Part shown: piece after piece, positions 11,101 to 26,100 of the stretch
How positions within the stretch are numbered: position 1 is the stretch's first letter
Layout of the letters: each line of letters opens with the position of its first letter
Source of the DNA: Antedon mediterranea
Taxonomy: Eukaryota; Animalia; Echinodermata
Direction: 5' to 3'
Assembly: GCF_964355755.1 (NCBI RefSeq)
Contig: NC_092675.1
Span: forward strand, 30,290,912 to 30,354,911
Length of the DNA stretch: 64,000 nucleotides
The notes under the pieces: generated by a model
Told to the model about the DNA's origin: nothing
The model's database searches: none
Seen by the model: only the letters and a program-made list of their open reading frames with translations
Position numbers and translations under genes: made by a program

Positions 11101-14100
11101 GTATATTTTTATTATCTCTGCAGTGTATATAAAAGAAATTTCTGATGTATTTTTTTATATTGGACCAAATAAAGAATAATAATAATAACAAATACAATGT
11201 GGTGTTTTGATTGTTTAACATAAATTAGCAAACGATAAAGTTTACTTACTTTCTCTTGTTCTCTCTTTCCAATTCTGTCTTCTTCAACTCCTTTAAAGTG
11301 GACTGTAGAAGAAAAAAATATAATACTATTAGCATTTTGTAAAGCACACTTGTTGAGTTTGTGCACTCTTTGTGTTCATAATCAGTGTACCATGTTCCGC
11401 ATACCTGGCTCAGCCTATATATTGTGCCAGTTCTGCGGTACATTTCATTTCAAAACCAGAGCTGCACTGACGAGATCTAATAAGATCAAAACAGTACTGT
11501 CTGCAGATTGGATATTTAATATATTATATTAAAAAACATTACGTAATAAAAGCGAATAATTGCAAAAGTGCAAAAAAATGTATTTTTGTTTTCATTTGCA
11601 AACCTGGCATGATAAAATTGAAAATAAATGTTGCTATTTTAATTAAATCTACTGAAGTAATCTTACAGTGTGTTTTGTTTTAAATGGTGTTTTCTCTGCT
11701 TCTCTTAATTCACCAAGCTTGCTGCGATATTCGTCAAAAGCTTTTTCTCTTTTCTTTTTTGTCCATTTTTTTAATTCCTTTTGTTGTTGTTGAGTTCTCT
11801 TTGATGGTTGTACTGATGATGGCCATGCTTCTTGGTCTTCTTCTTCATCTCCTGGTGTTTTTAGCAGCTCTCTAATTTGCTGGGAATTTAAACTTGTAAA
11901 ATCCAAATCGTCAATCTCCTCAAACTTTGTTTTTCTGAAATAAAAAAAAAAAAGTTTTGTTTTATCAATATAAATTAATGAATCGAGATGTGAATTCAGT
12001 AAACCTTCAGTTGGTGTTGCACGCTATTGATTAAATATAACTTATGTTACAGAAAACTTGTGTTACGTTTGCCTGATTATAGTTTGGACTGTTTGAAAAA
12101 CATTTTGTTTTAGAGTTAAGTTGGGTGATATTGTTATTACATTACAAAGATGTCTACTGTAATGAAAAGGAGGTATTTGTGTTTTTGCAATAAGAGGTCC
12201 TCCTACGAGGAAATGAAATAGGATTAAAACCGAAGCATAATCTGCATGTTCTCTTTTAAATACTACTAAACTTATATAAAAGGAATTATGGTATCTTTAT
12301 ATCGTTTACTCTTGCAATACTTACTGCTTTAAGACCTTTTGTCTTGCAGCTTCCTGTTGTCTCTTAGTAATTCCCAGGTCAGTGGCATCCAGGTCACCAT
12401 CGGCTATGACCTCTGCAATGATGTCACTTACTCCAGTTATGCCCAATATTCCTAAAGTGTTGTCACCATCGTTAGTACTCATATCCGTTAGACTAGTAAA
12501 TAGAACCATACAATAATTATTCATACAATAATAACAATGTCAAATGATGTGAAATAAAAATAACTATGTTGATACTGTACTCATATTTCTTCCAGATTTA
12601 AAGGTTTCATGATGTCCAGCAATAAAACAATATTTTGATTGGAAGAAATTTGTTATGCCATAAATATGGAAAGATAAATATACATATACAAACCTGTTTG
12701 CATCTGACTTGTCACTTTCCTCATCCAATATGCTTTCATTTTTCCCCTCTTTAACTTTTTCATCTACAGATGTTGATTGTTTCTCTTCTTTCTTGTCAAA
12801 ACTGCTTACTTGTAACATCTCCACTCCCTTCTCTGGTTTATCCACAACTATAGTTGTTCGTTTCTCAATATTTGGTGCTAAAAAGTCTGTCATATTTTCA
12901 ACATTCTTCATCAGCTGCAAAAAAAATAAACATGAACACATTCATAAAGACGTAACTGAATAGGAACACCGAAAACATACAAAAAACCAAACATTATAGA
13001 AAGAAATGCATGTGAAGATAATCCTAATCACATTATTGAGGTGATGCGTTACTGAAATAAAAAGTAGACAGAGAACATGAGGTGTTATGATCATCATACT
13101 AAACCACAAAATTATATACTTAAACAGTGAGAATTAAGATATCTGACTTTAAATTAAATTAAAATTCAATTTAATTATAAAACATAATAATAAAATATGA
13201 TCGAATGGGTAAAAAAAAAACAGTACCACACAAAAAGGGTGAAATACAAACATAAAAAGGTTAAAACATGTATTTTTTGATTGTGCTAAAAGCCTGTTAC
13301 TTACTTTATTAGTTCCTTGTAATTCTTGCTCCATCTGTTTACTCATTTCATCAATCACTTTCAGTTGTTCATCCATCTCCATCAGCTGTATATTCATCCT
13401 CTTTTTGTAACCTTCTCTCTCTTCATCACTGATTGCTTTTATTCTTGAAAAATGTTCTCTGAAATAACAACACAAACAAAAGTAAAATAATAGTAACAAT
13501 CTTATCCAAGGGAGTTGTAACAACTCCCTACTTATCCTAATTGTTAATTAATTAAAATAGTTCTGCTTACACTTTTATTCTTCTTCTAGCAGCCAATAGT
13601 TCCTTAGTGAGCGGGTCTGGTCCAGCAGGTTTATCCTCATCCGGCACCTCACATGGCGATGCTAAGCCAGGCTCAACTTCCCGGTTCCTTAAGGCATTGT
13701 AATGCATAGATGCAATGGAAGGACTTGGAGATCTAGGCTTCACTTCTCCAGGAGAAATATGCACTTGTGTATTTTCTGCTTGCGGAATATCATCTAATAA
13801 TCTACTGCCCTCTAGGTCTACTACACTTATATAATTTCTTCCTGGTGGGGGAGCCTGAATATAGAAGAATCATTTATTATTCACATTCTATTTATTTGCT
13901 TATGAATATTCATTAAAATATTCACAATTTTAACAGTTGAACTTTGAACAACTTTGTATTCACTTTAGCATAGCTGTATTACCAGAGTTTTAGAGTTTAT
14001 CTCTCTCTATATATTGATAACATAAAAGAAGTTAAAATAGTTGTATGTAAATGTGCAAATGTTTTATTCCAGTAGTGATTTATATGTCTGTGTACACAAC

Positions 14101-17100
14101 ACACACACAAGGAAAAAAATACAAACATCACAGAAGCTGAAGGATAACATGACTTCTTTTTTAAAAACTCTACAATTCTTACTTCTGTATCAGGATCTGT
14201 GATTGTTGCTTGATTTTGAGAATCTCGTTCAAAGCGAAGTTTAAAGAAGATATCAGGAGCAAGTATCTTGCCAGCATTGTCAAGACCAGTCTTAGCAGTT
14301 GTGTATGCTGATATGGCATCATCTAAAAAGAAAATAATGATGAAAAAGGACAGATGAAAAAGAGAGTCAAGTAAAAGGGCATTCACACAGAGAAGTAAAA
14401 GGGCATTCACACAGAGAAGTAATTGTGTTAAATAGATATTAACTATGCAAATGTTTTAGCATTTTTTTTGTTCTTTCTGTTTGTTTTATATTATCTGTGA
14501 CTGTTATGCACAACAAATATTTAAAATGCTGCAATAAAAAACTGTATAATTTGTTACATACTAATTTCTGTTCCATCTTTATCAAGAACCAGTATGTTTT
14601 CCTCATCATCTGGTTGCTTGACCTTATCAAGATCAATTGATGTCCCAGCATTCTTCATTTCTGTTGCCATGGTTGCAACATCAACTCTTTCTACAGGTTT
14701 TGCTTGCAGACCCCTAACCGCTTTCAGATGAACTTCAGCTGATGATGGAAAACGGGATTCCTGTCTTCCTTTCAATATGTCGTCATAGGAATCTGATATA
14801 CAAAGAAATATAAAATGTTTTCTTTTATTGTTTTATTGTCTAACTAACATCTTCTTAAAATGTGCTTAAGCTCAGTCCAAATGTGGCCAAATATGGTACT
14901 GATATGATGTCATCGTGTCCATATATGGGCATAAATTTTGATAGTGTAGACAGAACTTCAGACTTTATTCTTCCTTCATTACATTTTTTGTTCATGTATA
15001 CATGTTGTACTAATTTGTTAGTTAGAATTGATTGATGTAAAGTATAAAACATGATTATCTGGGCATTTAAAAGTACTGGTTTGGGAGCTTCACATTTGAT
15101 TTCATTCTGGAATCAACCTGTTATACATTTTATTTTTAGCTTTATTCTAAACACCTATCAACACAAATGAATAAACTTGAAATCTACTCCTACCTTTCTC
15201 ATGTATCATCTGTGACTTTATTTTCTTTACAGTATCTTTTGGTTGGAATTCAGATTCCTATTAAAATGTAATACAAATTGTGAATATTATATTTATTTAA
15301 CTTTTGTGAAACTAAATAAAAAAAACAACATTCAGGAATTTCTTAGAATATCTAATGCATTTCTATTTCATAAATTGCTACATTGCAGTACATTTTAAAA
15401 AAGGGAAAAAAAAAAAATTAAATATTGCTGTTCTGATAATTTACCTCAGAAGGTATTGTTTCACTACTCTTGCGTGTTTCAGTTATCACAACTGGTGTCA
15501 AATCTTCCTCCTCATCATCATCCTCCATCTTTGTTTTCTTTTCTTTATGTTTTTTCCTTTTATCAATTGCTTTAGATTTCTTTGATGGTTCTTTAGGTAA
15601 CTTTCTGCGTTTTTGTTTCTGTGACTTTGGTTTAGATTCGGATTCTTTTATAAGTTCACTACTGCTTGATGACAGCCGACTGGACGAAGCATCTTGATGA
15701 TTTACGGATGAATCTCTGTGATGTCTCCTGCGTCGCCGTCTAAACATAAACGTCAAGAAAAAATTCATTTTGAACATATATAAAATTAAAATTCTCTCTG
15801 TCATCTGGGTTCAATGGATATTAAATAAATAAATGTTAACTTTTAGTTAAACCAGTTGACAAGTACTTAAAGTAAGTACTTGTCAACTGGTTTAACTAAA
15901 AGTTAACATTTATTTATTTAAAATTAAAATAACTAATAAAAATAGATTATGAGGTCCAGAGCAGAGTGGGACTGTTTTGGAAGAAATATAATTTAAGTTA
16001 ACTAGCTGGATTTCTAAGGTGCATTTCCATTTAAAGGAATATTAAGTCTATTAGTATAGGAGGATATAACCTTGAAGTGGGATGCTTTCTATAAAAACAT
16101 TAAAACATTAAATGTTTGTCAATACAACTTTTTTCTCACAACTTATAGTAACATCATCCACATAGTTCCATCTTCTATAGCATCCTAAACTAGGATTATT
16201 GGTAAGGACCACAGATAAGACTGGCCCCAGATTTGTGTCCTGGGGCACACCACAGGTATTATGGATAATCTCACTCCAATGTCAATTAGTTTTTGAATGA
16301 CTATTGTGTGATCATTGCATTGGCAAAATCAACCATGCATAAATTGATATAACATTAATACACTTAAAGATGGCAAAATAGAGTACCTGGAATGACTGTC
16401 ATCAGAGGTCATCTTTGTTGGAAGCCTTAGTAGTGGCATTGATACTTTATCAGGTTGAGGTTGTTTGAGTGGGTCTATTTCATACGGCTGCTCTCCTCTA
16501 AGCTTCACTTTCAGACTGTGTACATTCTTTTCTTTGGCCCAGAAAGTTTTGAGATATTTAGATAAATTACTATCGTACTCGTCTAGCGTGTTGTCCAAGT
16601 GTAGAAGAGGTGGGACATACCCATAGCCATTTGACACTAGTTTTTTGTTCTTCTGTTTTTGATGAGGAAATTCACTAACGTTGGGCTGATGGTATTCTGT
16701 TGATCGATCCAGATGTAAAAGAGGTGGAACCCAGATGCTACCATACACCTCGTTTTCTTCTATTGGTTCAAAATCAAATTTCAGTTCCTCCTTTTGCCAA
16801 TACTGTTCTTTAGAATGTTTTTCGAGCTCATAATTTGAATCATCGTTAAATTTCAAAAGTGGAAATCCTTCAACGTACTCGCTGTTGATTCCAGAATCTC
16901 TCTCAATACTCTGTGGAGCCCATGTACGTTTTGGAGCAACTGGTGGAAGATGAATATTACGAGGCTGATCTAAGAAAAATGGCATGGATGCATGTGGATT
17001 GTTAGGAATATTGTGCAGGTTTTGGTGGTCTGAGAAAATTGTATGGCTTTTAGGATTGTCAAACGACAGTAGAGGCCATCCTTTAACTTCATTGTGTCTC

Positions 17101-20100
17101 ACAGCTTCTTCATGTTCAGAATGCTCTATACCTCCAAGACCGTCTACTTCATGTTTACCAATAAGCTCTTCACTTTTTAATACAGATTCTTTTACAACCT
17201 GGTTATTAACCAAAGAATCAGCGTCTTGTGATGGACTTCTGTGACCTGATTGAGGAAGAGGTCGACCACGTGAATCTCGTTGATATCGAGGCACTTGCTC
17301 AGATTCATCAACAACGAAAGAAAACACTTCATCTTCTAAAGAACTTGACTGCTGTGTGTCTGTTTCCTCTGGTGAATGGACTGCATTGTGATTACGATTA
17401 ACACCACCAGAAGGAGAGGTCGGAGCTGATAAAGCTTTGTTCTTTTCTGATGATTGACATCGGGTCAGGAAGCGCTTACTTAATGTTTTACTACTTGCGT
17501 TTGTTAGAGTACCATTTTTGGTCTGGTAGTCTGGTAGGGACTCTGGACTACTCGGTAAGCTTGGGCTAGTAGTCCTTCGGGCAAGCACTGCTTTGACACT
17601 TCTACTAGCAGGTGTGTTAAAAACACGACCACCGCCTCTTTGTAATTTTTCTTCTTCTTTACTTTGCTTTGCTTCAGTGTATGCTAGTAAAGGATGGTGT
17701 TCAGGTGAAGTGCTTGTGTCTAGCATTTCCATATTGTTCTTGTGTTGAGCCTGAAAAAGTTAATAAACTACCTTAGACAACACAAAAAACTGAAATATAG
17801 TCAACTTAACTTAAATTTCTCCATGACTATCTATCATATGTATAAAACACATACTAGTCTACATAGTACTGTAATAAACAATAATGCTAATAATAATATT
17901 AAAATAGAAATATAATTTGATAAAATTAGAGTGCTACGTTGAATACACCAATGTACAATTTAAATTTAATTTATGAACATTGTTTGACTAGCTAATTTAT
18001 ATGAAAACAAGTTTTTTTCTTGTAACACTTAAAAAACATATAAAAGTTAAATTAATAACCAATTTAGATTTAAAACCAGTTGATTGAGGAAATACTTCAA
18101 TGCTTAATCAGCAGTATCAGCAGTGAGTGTCTATCTCTAACAATCATCTTACCTCAAGCAACTTCTTAAGTTCAATTCTGACAAGTTTCTTGAATCCTAT
18201 GGATGATTCTGACAGTTGACGTGACATAGTGGCACATGGCGACACTAATGGTGACTGTGGTATACTGTGCTTTCTTTCAATTGCATACAGTCTAAAGGTA
18301 TGACAAACAATCATTAATGTAGTATAGTTTATTTATTATTATTATAATTGGTATTGTGATGAAATTAAATAATCTATTCTGATAACAGAAGAGCACTTTG
18401 TTTAAGTGTTTCAACACAAGTGTTTTGGCCTTCTTTCATTTATAAAACTTGTAATATTTAGAAATAAAAAAATTTGTTTGTATTTGAAAAGTGAAATAAA
18501 TGCTTATTTGATATTAAAGTAAATAGAAAATTCTATCATTGTATCTGTGACAGCGTTAAGTCTGCTCTTTTTCATAATGATTTTGACACTTTATATAACT
18601 TGTTAAAACAATTTTAATTTTTTGATTTGTGTGAATCTTCATTTTTATGTGTTTTATTGTACAGTTTTTATATGTTTCTCCTAAGGGAGGCGAATAAAAT
18701 TTGAATTTGAATATTGAAACCCCACAGGTTCAGTTATGTAACATTTCATTTCATTTCATTTCACATTTATTCAATTAATGAAAACTTAAACAATGTAAAC
18801 AATATAAACAAATAATGATTTCATTAATTTGGATCAGACTTAGAGGCAAAGGCCTGTCTCAGAAAGACCCAACAAAACATAAATACAAATAAAAATGTGT
18901 ACAAATTAGGTAAAATTGGCATAATAATAATAGTATATTTATGAATGATAATTTTCCAAATAATTAAACTTAATTTGATGTCTGAATATTTTTGCATTTT
19001 CACATTTTTTTAGATTCTCTTTTAAGTTATTCCATAATTTAGGTCCATGAACTGTAATAAAAAATTGGCTTTTGCTAAGTCTTACAAAAGGAACATAAAG
19101 TAAATTTGAGTTCTTAAGATAATAACTATGGACAGTCTTTGGTTTTTTAAATAATGATATTATAGAGAATGGAAGTTGACCTTTAACATATTGGAACATA
19201 AAAGTAAGTATTTGTTGTCTATGTAAATCTATTACTTTTAAGATATTAAGTTTTTTAAACAATGGTTCAGAAGTTGAGTAATAGCAGCTACTTACGGACT
19301 TAAGTCAGCTTCTGAGAATGACTTAGTGACATCCTTTTCTTCTAGCGATGTGAATGAGCTGTCAGAATCTTCCCCGCTATGGTAGTAGTGCGTAGCAGTC
19401 AGAGTATGGACGGCACCGGTGACGGGTGATCGTCGATACAAAATGTTATGATTGTCATCTTGTCTTTCATTAACATTAGTTTCTACATCTTTGACCTAAA
19501 AATCAACAAAAATGGATGAATAACAAAAGGAGAACTGCTTGCTATACCCAAATCTTAACCACAAAACTCTACTCTTAATTTGCAGACACTTATCCATTCC
19601 ACATGGGCTGGTATGTGTCAGTTTGATTTGAAAAAAATACTAACTATTTTTTTAAATAATTATTTTTATTTTATTTTATTTTATTCAATCAAAACCAACA
19701 GCGATAAATACCGCCACTAACAGGTTTGAAACATAAAACAATACAACATCAAAAACGGTTAACAATAAAATACAGATAAAATATATATATATATATATAA
19801 AACATAGCAAACGATTAATAATGCAAACAATTTCATCTATTGTAAGTCTTTTGAATTCAAGATTATTCTGAAATCATAAAGTGTGATATTTCTGATTGAT
19901 TGACTTTATTGGTTTCACTAAAAATTGATTTATCAATGTTTATTTTATGGATGTGTACCTTTAGTGAGTGAGGCACACATGTTTTACTTTGTCGTTGCCT
20001 CCTTTCATAGATTTCATGTGCATGCCATATGTTTGAAGGTGTATAGTATTGGAAAAGTGATTTAAAAAAAAATAATGAAATAAAACATAAAATATACCGT

Positions 20101-23100
20101 AAGTGATTCTTTTAATGATTCTCGCTTCTGTTGTTTTGTAAGAGATTTCTTTTTCTTGAGGTCCTCTTCTTGCATATCATCACTATCACTACTAATCTGT
20201 ATCTGTTTTTTTTCCAACGCTTTATCTTTTTCAATTTGTCTTTTAGCGCCCTCTGCCACTACCGATGTAACTGGGTAAATGTCTAATGATTTTGATGACT
20301 TCTTGTAAACCTTTTTTAATTTCTTCTTCTTCTTTTTGTCGTCAGTTTTAGATTCTTTTGCGTCTGTTACTGGTTTCTGCGCTTCCGCTTGACTTGGTAT
20401 TTCTAATGATTGCGATATCTTGGAATTTTTCTTCCTAAAATTCATCATTGATTTACTTCTATCAAGAACATCAGTTGTTGATTTTTCTTCATCAAGACGA
20501 GGTCTTAAAGAAACACCTTGACGTCTATTCCTTATTCCAGCTTCTTTGATCGGGTGACTAGTTTTTTCTAGACTGTACCAATTTTTGTTGAGCCAAATAC
20601 AGTTAATCAGAAGTTGCTGTGGAAGGTCTACTCTACTTATAACTTTTTCAGTATTCTCTGATGAACTATGGATATCAAATGGTAGACGCTTACTTGCCCA
20701 TCTGGTCATCCATTGCTGGACTTGAACGATCTCCGTAAACATAGCACCAGGTATGATGCTTACATCACCAAAAGGTTTACTCTGATCAAGCACAAGCATA
20801 TGTGAACCCCTTGAAGAGAATAATTTTGCAAATGATGATCTTGATACTCGACCAGAGCTAAGCGAAGAAACTCTCGATAGAGCTCGGATATCATCAAAAC
20901 TTTGATCGACCTTTTTTCCTGATGGAAGCTTTTGGCTAAGTCTGCTCAATGGTCTTTTTTCCTTCTCTGAATCTTCAAAATCTACCATTTTGTATTTTAC
21001 TGATAACAGTTGCACAGAAGGTGGGATATTCTTCTTGAAGTAATAGCTTCTTTTACTTCTAAATAAACCCTTCATTTTACTTGGCATACAACCATCAGTT
21101 TCCTGATTCCTTGTTAGAGTAAAACTCTTTGACATGTTTTCAAAACTTTGACTTCGTAACAACGTAGCTTCACTAAGTTCAACACAATACTCAGGTTTTG
21201 GAACTGCAAATGCCAGAGTGCTAAGCTCATGTTCTCTAATCTCATCTGAGAAACTCTTTAAAAGTGGAATTTTATCTGTTCTCTTGATGCCTTGGCTCAT
21301 GGCTTTATCAAATTTTCCAAATGCTACCAGGAAGAATGTCTCCAGGAAATCAAGAAATGTTTTACTAGTTTCAAAACTGCGTGCTCCAACTTTATACGTA
21401 GAAGACCTTGATAATTGTTTTTCAATAGAAGTTCCATTGTTTGATGGAGTTTCTTTTACAAATGATGAACTTTGTCTTATAAATGGCGTACAGTAAACCC
21501 CAAGGATTTGTTCTTCTATGGATCCTAAGACTTTTGTCTTGCTTATCATCACTCTCTTTTGCTTCAAGCATTGCTTCCGATAATAAACATACAAAGGTTC
21601 TAATGTCACAGTGTTTGATTCCTTTTTGTTGGTAGTTTCTTCCACCTTTTCTTTCTTCTTCTTTAGTTTTGACATGACTCTTTGGAATTTCTCTTCTACT
21701 GCAGGCAACACAATCTTTGAACTGTAGAAGACCTCTCCCAGAACTGCTGCTACGTCTTTCGTAGGAGGCAGATTAGAGACTGCAGTTAAGAGAATGTCTT
21801 GAACCTCAACTTCAATGTTTAGAAAGAAAGAGAAGGAATGTAGGTACTTTGCCCATTGTATAATGTCTTGCAAAACAGTGTGTGCTGACTTTTGAGCAGT
21901 AGTGGATGTATTCTGGAAAATAAAAAGTATTTATTGATGATGATTTTACACAGAATCTATATATAAATTTACGTAAGGGCAAAATTCGGTAAATCGCGCG
22001 TTATTTCTAGAATGTTTACTCGATGGTATATAAAGTTGGTTCGTACTTTCGGTACTGATTTTAACCACCTGATGTAACCCTGTTTACTAATTAAATTGAG
22101 TTCGATAATTAGTTATTGACGATTAAAACGAATTTAGGTTCAACGATTTGCCCCAAATAGGGGTGTTTTTCGATCGTGGTATACACTGTCTAATGGATGT
22201 CCGTCTTGAAAAATACCCGCAGACAATAATACGAGGATGCTTCGCATTTTCCTATCTCCTCCTACGATAATTGTTTTTAATGGCTGAAAACCGGTTGAAC
22301 AGCTCGAGTATAGCATCATAATGTTGAAGACAGGCCGATTTTCTTTAAAAAATACTATTTTGATAGATTTAATATACGTTTATACAAATGTATTGATTTG
22401 CGATGAATGGAACATTCCAATCTCTGTTCCACAAGTGTCTATTCCCTCAGGCGTCGTAAAGGCAAGTACAGGTACTGTATACTCATAACAGAAATTTGAT
22501 CCATTTTTTTTTTCAATCTGTGCTGCAGAGGTTGGATATAAATTTTGTTTAAATGGATAATGAGCTAGCGTTTTCACTCGCCGTATATTATGTACACATC
22601 TTTATTATTGCAGTTAAACCACCCACATCATCACCCTTCCCTCACTGGCATGAGTAGCGTAGTAAAACCAGTAGAGGATAGGCCTACGGTACATCACATG
22701 CCCTAAACGCAGAACAACTTTGGTGGGTAGGGGGTGGGTAGGGTAGGAACCAACTTAGAATTTGCTCTAAGAAACAATGTAAAACCATTAGGCCTACTAA
22801 TTAAGTTGAGTTAGATAATTTAATATTTATTGACGATTAAATCGAATTTATGATTTTCCCCGAATAGAGGTGGTTTTCACAAATTGTTTTACATTATATA
22901 AACATATATACGTCGTAGTGATGTATCATTACATGTGCTGTACTATTTCAATCGACTATGACGGTGATAGTTTCAACAAAGTATTAAATCGCAATGTTTT
23001 ACTGTGTTTAGTGGTATATTATTTGTAAAACATGAAAACAATTAATATTTCGTTAATAAATGCAGGGTAAAGAATATATTTAAAAATTGTTCCTCTTTGC

Positions 23101-26100
23101 ACCCATCCTCTTCCCCATCCCTCAACCCAAATGTTACATACAAAACACAATTTAAGTTTGTTTAAATTTGACTTAAACAATTGGTCTCATTTTGTGACAA
23201 GTTTCTCTTTCGGAAGTAATTCCCAGGGTACTAATTTTACAGTACATAAATCACAGTGTCTATTTATTCGTTCCTGTAAACGACATGTATTATTGTCCTG
23301 CGGTACGCACATTTGAAATTGCCAGTTTTTTTAACGCTGAAATTATTATGTATTCGAGAACCATCTGTGGGCACGACCTAGATGGTACGCGAGCGAAGCG
23401 AGCGTACCATCTAGTTAACAATAATTTTTACAGCAAAAAATATCACAGTAATAATAATAATAAAAATTTGTAATGCCCCAATTCCAGCAATAAGTGATCA
23501 AAGGCTGAGAGAGCTCAATTTGAAAGAAAAAGATGAGTTTTCAAGGCAGATTTAAAAAGAGGTTAATATAAACAATATACCTTATACTTTATGACCTGTC
23601 TTTTGTTTATATTTTGCTTAAATTAGGGTGTGGGGGATTGTATTCGACCATGTGATTTAATATACTTGCTATGTATATCATACAAGTTACATTCCACCAT
23701 TATGATGTCAATCTCAATTTTGATACATTAATTACTTACCAAAGAGGAACATTGATTGTCTTGGATTTTTTGATATTTTCTCACTGCCATTGTCAACTTA
23801 TCTCTGATGTTAAGCATCCACACAATAGTACAAATATCTCGGAAGCATTGTAGTAGTAACTTAGTAGATCTCCCACCAGAATTCACAAGCACTTCTTTCA
23901 AATCAACTTGACATGCTGTGTAAGAGGCTAGCATTGCAGGGAAGTCAAAGGTCGTGTTTAGATTCTGATCAATCTAAGACAAAAAAGGGAAACAAAATCA
24001 AATATAACTGTATAACTGTACATACAGAGAGATATGCATTTTACAATTAATGGTAAGTATCTAAAATGATACAAAATAGAAGTTACCAACAGTCATAACT
24101 ATTTGGATAAATGCTAACTGAAATCTTGCTAATCTCAAGAAAAACTCAAACAAGGTACTTATGATTTTAAGACCATATAAGGCAACTAGTATAAAAATGT
24201 CAATAAAATGTTGTTAAACTTCATCCACTTTCAAGTCAAAGTTCTACATTTACTTGTGTATCAAGTTCAGTAATTTTGAAAGTAAACTTTCATTTTAATG
24301 TTATTATAGATGACAGAAAAGCAGACAAAATCAACCTTTAATGTCATAGACCTTGTCATGTATCAAGAAAGAACCAACGTGATAAACGCCAATAAGATGA
24401 ATATTGGCACAAATACCTCTATGGATTTGGAAAAGTGAAACTTTTGTGTTTGAATAAGTTTTAAAATGGCAGCTAAAACATGAATATCAACCTTGGGTGT
24501 CAACTTAATGTTTTCAACACCAATGTCCACTCCTTAAACAACTTCCTGAGTAAGTCTCATGATAGAATAATATTATGACTATTTTACGTTTAAGTATCTC
24601 TATTAATTGTAGTGAAACCTTTGAGAATATTAAATGCGGTAAATGTAATCTGTGATACTAGCATGATTTTAAGTGTTTCCTGTTGGGAGGGGCAGACTAT
24701 ATTCATGTGTCAGGTAAATACTCGTGAAAAATGAAACAAACTTCAACTTAAGTATATCTTGTATTTTTCTATGGATTCTAAAAGTAAAACCCAATAAGTT
24801 TCACACATTTTATTTACACATTTAACCATTAGGATGTGAACTATTAGAACCTATAAGACAGATAGGGTAGGCATCCAAGAAGGAGATCCATACACAAGTG
24901 TTTGAATTGTGCAGGCCTATTTCAGAATTGAGCCAGGGAAGAGTTAAATTAAATGTAAGTTTTAACTCTTCCCTGATTGAGCTAAATTTATATATAGATA
25001 AAGGACAAGGGACAATAGAGACAATATAAAGGACAAGGGACAATAGAGACAATTGACCAATTAGAAATAGAATTAGAAGCATCAACCATTCAGATGGCAT
25101 GAATTTGGTAAATCTAATTTCTATTATTACCAGTAATTACTAATTTAATTAAGTATTTTTAAACTTGTGAATTTTTTAGAAAGATATGCAAAGAAAATAC
25201 ACAAACTTTGTGAACGTCATATCATGAATTAAACTCCAGAACTAAAATACTAGCTTTAATATGAGTTTTATTTAGATACCCCTGACTAACCTAACACTTC
25301 TAACAGGAACACAAAATACCCATGGTGAATAAATCTACAAAAACATTTGCGTTAATAATTATTTCAGAGTCTATTTTTGTTGCAATTTTGCAAACTTTCT
25401 ATATATGTGGTGTTCGGTGGTTTCTGTTTTGCAGAGTCACATCAACTTGGTTAAAAGTGATCTGGAAATTGTAAAATATAACCTAGAGTTCATCTCTGAA
25501 TTTATTGTTTAGTCTCTGGATCACCTTGGACCAATTTGAACCATGTCAAAAAAAAGCCAGTTATAATACTGTACCAATAGAAGCATCCCTAGAAATTAAA
25601 CTGACCTCTGTACTTATTAAATGAAATTATAAATCTGTATATCAGCAAGTTCAAATCTCACCAACTTATTGCCTTAGGGTTTACATTGTGGTCAGTCTAA
25701 TTGTTGCGAAAAAGACATGTGAAGTTGCCATCATACCATTGTACTAAACAGTCCCAACTCCTACTCACATAAATATATATCAAAGTCAAATCAAAGTCAA
25801 AGTAAACTTTATTCATCCCATACATTTAAAAAAAATAAAAATAAAAATACAAATAAAATATAAAAATGTATGTAAAAGTTACGGTTATAAAGTTTTGTAC
25901 CAGGTGGCATATATCGTGTATTGATTTTATTTATAACAATAAAAAAAGAAAAAAAATGAATATTTACAGGCAAATACAGTAACATGGATCACAAAGATAA
26001 TTTTCATGAAAGTTTAAATGGCAGCACTTACCAGCTTTTCTTGAGCGTTCATAAGTTCTTGTACATACCAACGTGCACATGGCATAGTGCAGTTGGATGA

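Noticed and set aside
9114-21496. Plus-strand ORFs at 9114, 11684, 12709, 15470, 16984 and 21218
   Set aside because: Antisense shadows of K/E/S-rich CPLANE1 exons.
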